Of a stretch of 64,000 nt of DNA, positions 54,720 through 64,000 are shown one piece after another (positions within the stretch are counted from its first letter, which is position 1; every line of letters starts with the position of its first letter). This stretch comes from Euprymna scolopes (lineage: Eukaryota): the NCBI GenBank assembly GCA_053919585.1, contig CM132785.1. One strand, given 5' to 3'. The notes beneath the pieces were generated by a model. That model was given only the letters and a program-made list of their open reading frames with translations. It did not search any database and was not told the origin of the DNA. The position numbers and the translations under genes were made by a program.

Positions 54720-55755
54720 CTTTCAAGCTCAATTTATCTCCCCAGAATGTGCTGCTGCCATCGCGCATAGAAATCACTTTTTCCATAGCTACCAACGTAA
54801 TAGATGCACTGAGACTAAAGCTGCTTTCAGGAACGCCAGCAACCACTGTAAAAGAGTAATAAAAATGCAAGAGAACTATATGGCCAGTCTGTTAAATCCA
54901 AAGTAGCTGATCAGCGGTTTGGTTCCCACCAGTTTTGGCAAATAAAAAAAACAGGATCGTGATCAGACGTGTGCGTTCTATCCCAACCATTATCAAGGGA
55001 CCAGAGGTCATCTCGGCAGCTTCAGACAAGGCCAAAATATTTGCCAAGAACTTTGCAGCTAATTCTACCCTATGCGACGAAGGCCATCAACTCCCCATAG
55101 TTCCTCCTATAACACAGAACACGCTAGGTAACATACAAATATCTGTGCATAAGGTAGCCAAGTTAATCAAGATCCTTGATTCCATTAAAGCTACTGTCTG
55201 TGACGGCATCCCAATTATAGTGTTAAAAACGCTTCTACCAGAACTTGCTCGCTACTTACGAAACTGTTTAAACGTTGCCTTAAGAAGAAGTGCTTTCCAA
55301 CATCCTGGAAAACCTCATCACTATGCCCTGTGTGTAAGAACTCAGGTGAAAAGTCATCTTCCTCTCACTACAGACCAATAAGTCTCCTGTGTGTCATGAG
55401 TAAGTTGTTGGAATCCATATTAAATAGAGAAATACTAAACCACCTCAGCAGAAATAACCTTCTTAGTGACATGCAATATGGTTTCCGTTCTACAAGATCT
55501 ACCACAGATGCGATAACAGTTATATCTCATAGGATTAGTGAATCTCTTGACAGGCTTCCTTTCCAGGGCAATTGCTCTTGACATATCAAAGGCTTTCGAC
55601 AAGGTATGGCATAAATGCCTACTTCACAAGATCTCCAGCTACGGTATAACTGGAAATATTCTCGCTATCATTAAATCATTTCTCTCTGATAAGCTCATAA
55701 GAGTAGGGATTGATGGACAAAAATCAGAGGCCTGCAGTATTAATGCTGGAGTTCA
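54720..55755 (+). mobile_element. CR1-like LINE central ORF2 fragment
   Basis: PECAAAIAHRNHFF, DKAKIFAKNFAANSTL, YRPISLLCVMSKLLE, QYGFRS, ALDISKAFDKVWH, INAGV; ends at a (TA)n tract. Confidence 0.92.
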
Positions 55756-55756
55756 T

Positions 55757-55794
<38 letters not shown>

Positions 55795-57332
55795 GAAAGT
55801 TGAAGGTTACATCGATTAAAACCTTCTGAAAAAAAAAAACACTCATGATGCGCACAATTTTCCGGGTTACACAAGTGCTATAAACTAGGATTTTACTGAC
55901 AATTTTGAATTTCAATTGAATGTATATATTGCCCTTTATTTTTATCTGTTCAAGTCATAGTTTTCTAAGATTATTTGTGTTTTCTTTAAATGAAAAATAG
56001 AAATACGATTAGAATTAAATGTTTTTCTGAATTCACTTTTTTGTCATCAGTTACCTTTTGGTATTTTAAGGACGCAGAAGAAATTCATTCAATTACAGAA
56101 TTTGCATTCAGACTTGATGAAATCTAATGGTGAATTACCCAAGTTAATTCACTTGTGATTAACATAAAGTGTGAATGCAGGATTAACCTTTGAATACAAA
56201 TTTAGAGTAAACATTTTTTCTCAAGAATTTCAATCTTTAATGTCGCTTGAAAATAGCATCTGCGTTTAAAATCAATGATTAAGATTATGTGAGGGTTATC
56301 TTCAGCTTATATTCTACAATTCCAGTTGCTGGCTTATTTTATATAAAAAAAATAGTATTAGTTTACTTTGAGCAAGATCTAGTATTATTGTGTATTGAGC
56401 AAGCACAATATACTTAGAAATGATGTATTAATACCTTATTTTTGTTAAGTATTATGTAAGGAAGGCACTAGGGTGTATACTGTTAAGATTCAGTTATCTA
56501 ACTAGCTTTCATCGTTATTGCACAGTAATGAAATAAACTATGAATAGCATTTTATAGTTAGAATATCATCTTTTAGCAGACATGTAATGTGAAAACGCTA
56601 AAAATATAGTACAATGCTAAAAAATATTTAATATTCAAGAAAATATTTCCGAGAAGCTTACATATCTTTTAGAAGATAGAAATACATAGTTCACGATCAC
56701 AGTAAAGTTTTATACATATTTGGCTGTGCGGGGTCTCTTCATAATTAATATATATGTATCTAAACATAACCACTTTATATTTGTAAAGACTAAATAATGT
56801 TTCATATACTTAAACTGTACATGCTCCCCAAATTTCCACGCACTGAATTGTTAATAAATCTAATATAAGTTCTCTTCTCATCTAACATTATTTTGTACCA
56901 ATAATTCCAGTCTAAAACATAAGGCAGTTTAGTTAAGCATATACACTTTTGATTGTTAACACTTTTTAAAGGATGAAATAATTTATCTCATCCTACGCTA
57001 ACAAAATTAAACAAAATATTTTATTATCGAATGTTTTAATGTCGTTATTTCTTTATGTATTCTAAAACTAGAACGGTTTTAAAATAAGTAAAATAGTGTT
57101 ACATTAACATCAGAAAATAAATAAAATGATGTAATAAAATATCATTTTTTACTAAACATTATGCCACATAGAGAGCTCAATTCAGTTTTAAATTTAAAAT
57201 ATTCATATAAGTTGTTTTTCGATCTGTTTTAGTAAAAAATATATATTGATTGATATTTACTATCTCACTCTCCATCTTAACAAATGTTCGTTAAAAATTG
57301 TAAATACGTTATTTTGAATATACTGTAATATA

Positions 57333-58849
57333 CACTGCGTGTTGAATTATTAATGAGTTTACATTTTCTTAAATATTTACAAAAACGAGTGAATAAAAAT
57401 CCATAAAATTCTGTGAAAGTGCTTACAATACTATTCAGCTACTCCAGTATGAAAATAAAAGTATTTAAAGCAGTGTTAGCGAAATTATGGCAGAAGATAA
57501 GACCATCTGTGTATTTCAGTGTGTCAAGCTATTAAAGAGGTTGAGAAAAACACAATATAGCAATAACATTTTATTGAAATAACTTTCAAACATTAAATGA
57601 ACTAGGAATAATCCTTAGAGCACAATAACTACATAGCAATGACGCCGTTGACATAATAAGTAGGTGATATGCGATCCTTTTTTATGAATGACTTGTAAAG
57701 GCGTTGGTCTACAGAATTCGTCAAATTTGTTATTTCGTCAACAGTTATTACTCGCGACACCTCTTAGAGAGTACCCCACAACTAAGTTTTGCTCTTCAAT
57801 TGCCGACCACTTGCATAGACGCGTCGCTTCATGATACTCCAAAGGTTCTCAATATGGTTGAAATTTGGTGACTTCGAAGGCCACTCCATCTACCGTAGCG
57901 CAGAGAACACCAGCTCTTGCAGATACTCTTTACCTTTGTTTGCTGCATGCGAGGGAGCATTATCATGCATAAAAATAATGGTTCTTTTAAACGTCAACCT
58001 TTCCTTCTACAGCGATGTTTTAAAGTGCTCATTCAGAAAAGCTATGCAAGTATTTGATATTTTTTACGCATTCTAGGATTCCCCATGGGCCAATTGAAGT
58101 ACCTCATATAATCTCAACCCAAATCAATATCCCACAACCACCTTGTTGGCGCCTTAAACCCTGATGACGATTTCGTCCATCTAGGATATAACCCTTGCTC
58201 CAGCCATCTGTGCCATCAAGAGTGGCACGCACTTCATCCATGAACAACATTTTGAAGAAATACATGTCCTCCCCCATGTTAATCGGTTTTGTATGTGAGG
58301 CTTTGTCACAGGCTTCACAGACTTTGCCACTTCTTTCAGAAGGCGAGATCGTGTACTTTTTGAGACATTCTTCAATACAGCTTTGTCCAAGACTTCTCGA
58401 CTTGTGTGCCCAGGGTTCTTAACAACTTCACGTTTAATTTGGAGTAGATAACAGCGTGAAACAACTCTATATTTACCTTTATCAGCTCTCTTACGTACCT
58501 TTGTGCGGTTCTTGACAAAGTTCCTCACAGTTTTCTGGCATCTTCCTATCATTTTTGTCATTTCGAGGATAGTTTTACCTTTTGCTAGCTGTTCTGTAAT
58601 ATTACTCTTTTCAGTATTATCCATTTTATTGACAATACAAACTGGCCTAATAATTTGCCACACCTCAAATACCGCGGATTCAGAGATTACAGGGGCAATT
58701 TGTTTAAATTTCGCGGAACTGTACGAAAATTTCACAGTACGCGCAACTCAGCATTGCCAACTTTTCCGAAGATTTTTTTTACGAAACTACCGGTAACTTT
58801 CTGAAACTAGTTAAAAAAAAATTATCCGTTAATAATTTGACACGCAGTG
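57333..58849 (-). mobile_element. Full-length Tc1-like transposon, DD37E (TRT-type), inactivated
   Basis: TIRs CACTGCGTGTTGAATTATTAA / TTAATAATTTGACACGCAGTG with TA on both sides. Motifs FMDEVRATLDGTDGW and FMHDNAPSHA...[15 protein letters not shown], with 37 codons between D and E. Internal stops and frameshifts. Confidence 0.92.
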
Positions 58850-61800
58850 TATATTAATCACTAGCTGCTTCTTTTAATTTCAACTTTCCTATTCAGTGTA
58901 GTGCCTGTTTCCGTTTCTTTCTCCTCATAAAGGGGTCTCACAACTAGTAAACATGTAAAGTTACATTTACCAATGAAATTATATTTTAGGTTGGTTTTGT
59001 GGGCAGCATGATTATATATCTGTGTTCTCATAACATAAGTAATCGTAAACAATTAGATAGCAGTATAGGTTATTTTTCAATTAAACTTATTTTCATTTTT
59101 ATATATTTTTGTGAAACGTAAAAAAAATGGTTTAATCCAATATTCCGACAAATATTCGATGTTGTTATCGCATAGACTAGCTCCATTTTTATAGTATGTC
59201 TTTAGACGTCCATATGTTGCATGATATTGAGGTTAATATTTTACATCGACCGTGCAAAATGATTTTTTTCTAATTTTTAGACCTACAGAATTCCTGCTAA
59301 ACGTATCAGATGTATTTCTTTAGATTTATTTGTTATCCAGGTCTCTAGGGCATAAGTCTTAAATTATTTGTCAGACGGAGAAAGTAATTTCATCACTGAG
59401 TTTTATTTTTATTCCACACATATAACCAGCTTCTTCATGCTAACGATTTAAAATTAATCTATTATAATGACATAGCTATAATATAGTAACATACATTTAT
59501 TAAATAGCATACACCAATATTTCATAATTGCATATATAAACACGTATATTTATAAATACAGATATTTGACGACGATTGCTTCTTGTATTTTCGAGAGATG
59601 AAAAATGTATTTTTTTTTTTAGCCAAGGTAGTTTTTATTCGCGTTCTTTTCTGTATCAAAATGATTAAAATATATATGCGCTTTCTGAAAAGTATACTTA
59701 GGAAAAGATTGTTCTATAGTAAATCATACTCTATCTTAAGCCAAACCTGCTTAATTTCAGTTCCATGTACGTCAATTATAGAGATAAGCCGAAACAAAAA
59801 TACGTAAAATTGCATTTTGTACAAACGACTTGCTTTATCAAAATCAGTAAATACAGTTTCTTTGGGAATTAACAAATGCCATACGGATTTGTTACTCAAT
59901 ATTATACTATAACTAGATTGTACGACGAGCTTGTATTATTAAGTAATAAATTTCTATCTTATTGAAATAAAAATGTTTCACAAAACGTTTGCGAGGTTTT
60001 CATTGCATAACTGAACTCATCTCTTCAGAACGCACGTGTCTACGTGATATAGTTGTAAACAGCGTGTTTATGTCATACAAAAAGATACTCGCACCCGGTA
60101 TTCCTATTGAATATTGCATAGGGATTGGAATTATAAAATACTAGGAATTCATATTTTAAACAAGTTGTATATAAATAGTTTTATTCTCAGAGAGTACCGG
60201 CATATCTATTTAATATCCCTAATAAAAAAGTCCTGGCTAATAAACAAGATTTAATCTTTTAATGCAAATTCTTTTTCTAAAAACCCTAGCAAAAGTGATA
60301 GAAATTATTTATGCCAATGAAACAGAATAATTATGATATTTCAGACTCAAGCTTATGGATGTGTGAGTTCACTCGAACTGAAAATCTCTCCCTCTCCTTC
60401 ATTGTTCTAATGTTTCCTTTACTACTATCACTGCTATTAACATACCTGCTTATACTACTATTACTATAAATATATTAATACTTAAGCTTTGTTGACTATA
60501 TATTTATATGGTATAAACCTCTTAATGCGTCATAGTGAACACATATGAAGCAGTCAATCTATTATTTAAAATCAAACAAGCATTTAAACTTATAGCGGGG
60601 GTCCTTTCTAAAAACGCATTGTTTGACCTACCACATATGAAGCACGTTTTACATAAAAGAAGTACTGTTTATGAAAAATTAGACAAAAATATTATGATTG
60701 CCAATAAGTGTAATAAACATCAACATTAAGACAGACAAATCAAAGTTGGTATAAAATACGTTGATCACAAACGTAATTAAATCCTAATAAGAATTTAATA
60801 CCGAAAATTGATTTTATGCTCAAATTAAAATGCAATTTAGGCAACGATTTCATTTGAAAAACATTTATTGTTTTTTTTTTGCCTGATCATCACAATGCAC
60901 GCCACATTAATCTTGTGGGCGACTACAACTGTCTTTTATTAAGAGATTCGTTCATATTTTCATCTAATTTGGACGCTTGAACAAACGATATTTTTATTAA
61001 ATCAAAACATTATTATATATAGCTGTTACGATTTTTTAATCTTAAAGAAAATGTTTAAAAAACACTACCATAACATGTACTGCGTAATAAAAATAAAACA
61101 ATAGTTGCCCCATCCTATTTTGTAAATCAAAAGAAGTTACGTCGCTTCTCGTGTAAATGTTTTCCAGTAATAACAGTATTTATGGTGTTTTTTTCTGCAA
61201 ATACTTGAGTAAACAAAACAGTCGGTGTTGGTGTATTATAATAATCAAAGCATAATTACGTCGCTGAAAATGAACATGATTAAAAGAAATATTTTTATTG
61301 TACCTATATGAAAATAATGTTAATCTAAATAATACAAAATGACAAATGAAACCACCAAATCAACGGCATTTGCAATACATGTAAACATTATCAGAAGAAG
61401 TTGCGCTAACTTATTTTTACCAAAGTTACGAGTATTTATTTGTGTAACTTAAAACTAAATTTTATGGTACGTTATTGTAATCATTAGCCTGTATCATCGC
61501 GAAAAATCGAGGATAGGAAATTATAATTGATTTATAACAATGTGTACCGATAATGTACATGTAATACAAGACGATTGAATAACTACGTAAAGTTATGAAT
61601 ATGAGCGAAGTAGATTTTTTATTGGGTTTTATATGCGTAAAAGTAATTATTCCTGTAGATTGAGCGGCCCTATTGAATAAAATTTTGCATGTTTGTTTTT
61701 ATAAGAACGTGTGTAATCCAGAATAATATAATTTTATGGTCTCAGCCATGAGAACAGCCACAATGTTAGTGGGGGGAGAGTAATATTTATTTTGTAACAC

Positions 61801-62513
61801 TAAAGTGCAAAGATAGTTGTCTGTGTATGAATGTTTCATCCGGTCAGTCAGAGTGTAAGGACAATATAGTTATAATGTTTAAATAATTACCCGCTGGGAG
61901 CAGTCGGAGTACTTTTCATTTAAACGGGATAATACGAACTACGTCGTCTGCAGATCTTGGCCACCGTGATAGTGTCGCTTGTGAGAAAAAAAGGTAGGAT
62001 GTTATTATAACGAATAAATGTGTAGGTAACGGTATTGGGATGTTACATGAGATAGTGAATAATTGTGTAGACGTATTAAATTTTTATGTGACATATGTAT
62101 TGCAAAACATACGGTAATTTTGTCCGGAGGCGAATTTCCACTATCATTTTATTATAGATTAGATGAATGTAATTATTACAACCCCTTTATGATTACCGTT
62201 TCTTAACAGCTGAACACTGTGAATAAAAATCGGTATGTCTTCCTACGGGCGAGATCGGTATCTTCCAGTCGTGTGATCACTGTGGATCTATATTAAATAA
62301 GGTTTACTCATTTATAAATGTTAAATTTCACTTGAATATCGTTGCAGTTGACAGTGGTCCAAGGATTATGTTGCTTTCAATTGGAAACAGTTATGGCTTC
62401 GTTGTTAATTTCGTATCCAACAATAGGCAGCAATTCTAACTTCTTACTTCGGAGCCTATGTTTCCACAAGGGGAAAACACTTTATATATTAAAATAATAA
62501 ATTATTATCTCCA

Positions 62514-62790
62514 TCTCTACTCTCATATTAAAGTAACCTTGTATGAGTTCCTTTCTCATAGGTTCAGAAACGGCTGAACCTATTTTTGCAAATTTCACAC
62601 AAAGCAAATGTATATATCTGACAGTTTTCTTAGAAATGTTTTGTACAGAAATTCATATATTAATTATCTAAAATCGAAAACAATCTGATCTTAAAATAAA
62701 CTTTCGATCTTATATATAAAGCAATAATTTTTACAGAGAAATAATGTATATTTACACCTGCCTGGGCCAATAATAAAATATCAACTAATC
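62514..62790 (+). mobile_element. Possible degenerate non-autonomous Helitron
   Basis: A|TCTCTACT start and an AAACGGCTGAACC..TTTT..AAATTT motif common in such elements; 3' end decayed. Confidence 0.4.
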
Positions 62791-64000
62791 ATTTCCGAAA
62801 ATCGAAATAATCCGATTTTAAAAAATAGTGATTCATTCTTAAGATAAAAAGAAGAATTTTTACAGGTGAATAGTTTACATTACACCCGCCAAGGGAAATA
62901 ATAAAATCTCAGCAAACCATTTCTTCTTAAACATCATATATTCCGTCATCTTGAGATTTAGCTGAGTCGTAGAGCATTTTACTACGGATTGGATGATCCT
63001 CTGTTCAACGCCAAATGTATCTGCATATTTTATTTTTATTTTTCTAATTAATGAGTTCAATTTACGATAAAAAGATATGAGTATATTTAAAATCGCCGCT
63101 AATTATTTCCTCGTTTGCATATTTAAAACAAAAAGCATAATTGAAAGCGACGTTTCTAGAGCATTCGTCGTCAGCTGCAAATATCAGCTGACGTGATATC
63201 GCAAAATAATGAAGACGGTATTTGATGAACTGTATTTTAATATATTTTTTCTCTTGCGAATTATTCAAGCACGCAAATTATTACTCGTAATATATAATAA
63301 TAAATAGAGGATTGATTCTATAATAATGCATACACAATCTGCATAAATTGCTATATCATGTTTAATCCTAGTAATATTAAGACATGGATATAAAATGAAC
63401 AGCGAATGTTTACACTGATAATAAAGTACCACTAGTTGTACCCTTGCTTACGAGTGAACTAATTTTGATATATTTGATTATGCATATAAAGAAATAGAGT
63501 AAATGATTGAGGTGCTCTAAAAATATAAATTCTGTTATCACTTCGACCGTAATCATCATCAAAAATTGGATTTGTATTTTCGGATCAAGTCACTGCAGTA
63601 AGTTCTTTTACACACGTAATAGATTGAAGATATCAAAATTCGTTTTGATGGAAAATGATTTAAAGACTGTTGCCAATATGGCTGTGAATATTGTAAGATC
63701 AAGTTAATGTTTGTGAAATTACATCGTTTATGACGCACTCAACTAATAGTATACAAGTCACATCATTTTCGGACGTAGTACTGTTGTCAGATGTTGGAAG
63801 GATCTACTCATAGAACACGTATAGTATTGATGGATTTATAACCAACTATGGAATTTAGTGCAGATAATAATTCACTCCTTTTTATCTGAATGATTTGCTA
63901 ATGATAAAAATCTATTTGCCTATGATCTTAACCATCAACTGTTTATATGCTCAATTACATGTTTTAAACAGTGTATACTTACACCGGATCCTAAAATGTT

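Noticed and set aside
62875-63060. Possible terminal exon DHPIRSKMLYDSAKSQDDGIYDV* (minus strand) with Tyr motifs
   Set aside because: The acceptor lacks a pyrimidine tract and no upstream exons could be linked.
63146-63180. Minus-strand CTGACGA...GAAACGTC hammerhead-like core
   Set aside because: No stem II closing pair, and stem I is out of register.

Overview
AT-rich (roughly 30% GC by eye) animal nuclear DNA, intronic or intergenic in character. The repeat families are compatible with an invertebrate such as a hydrozoan or mollusc (inference only). I could not support any intact host protein-coding gene; most ORFs in the track are microsatellite read-throughs, N-run artefacts or transposon fragments. 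The window is a transposon graveyard: at least six CR1-like LINE fragments, a 5'-truncated R4/Dong-type retroelement, a Copia gag remnant, Penelope-like remnants, several non-autonomous Helitrons (one inverted pair, one head-to-tail pair), Tc1/mariner elements of four types (a full-length DD37E/TRT-type copy with TIRs, two DD37D-like, one DD34E-like, one DD41D-like), a Chapaev3-like transposase, 5S- and tRNA-derived pieces and many (TA)n tracts. The strongest non-obvious signal is a structurally intact type I hammerhead ribozyme at 29467-29542 in a Penelope-like 3' region, with two decayed hammerhead cores elsewhere. A perfect 32-bp palindrome at 10829-10896 sits at the first catalytic Asp of an old transposase. 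Nothing here demonstrates a wholly new biological system.
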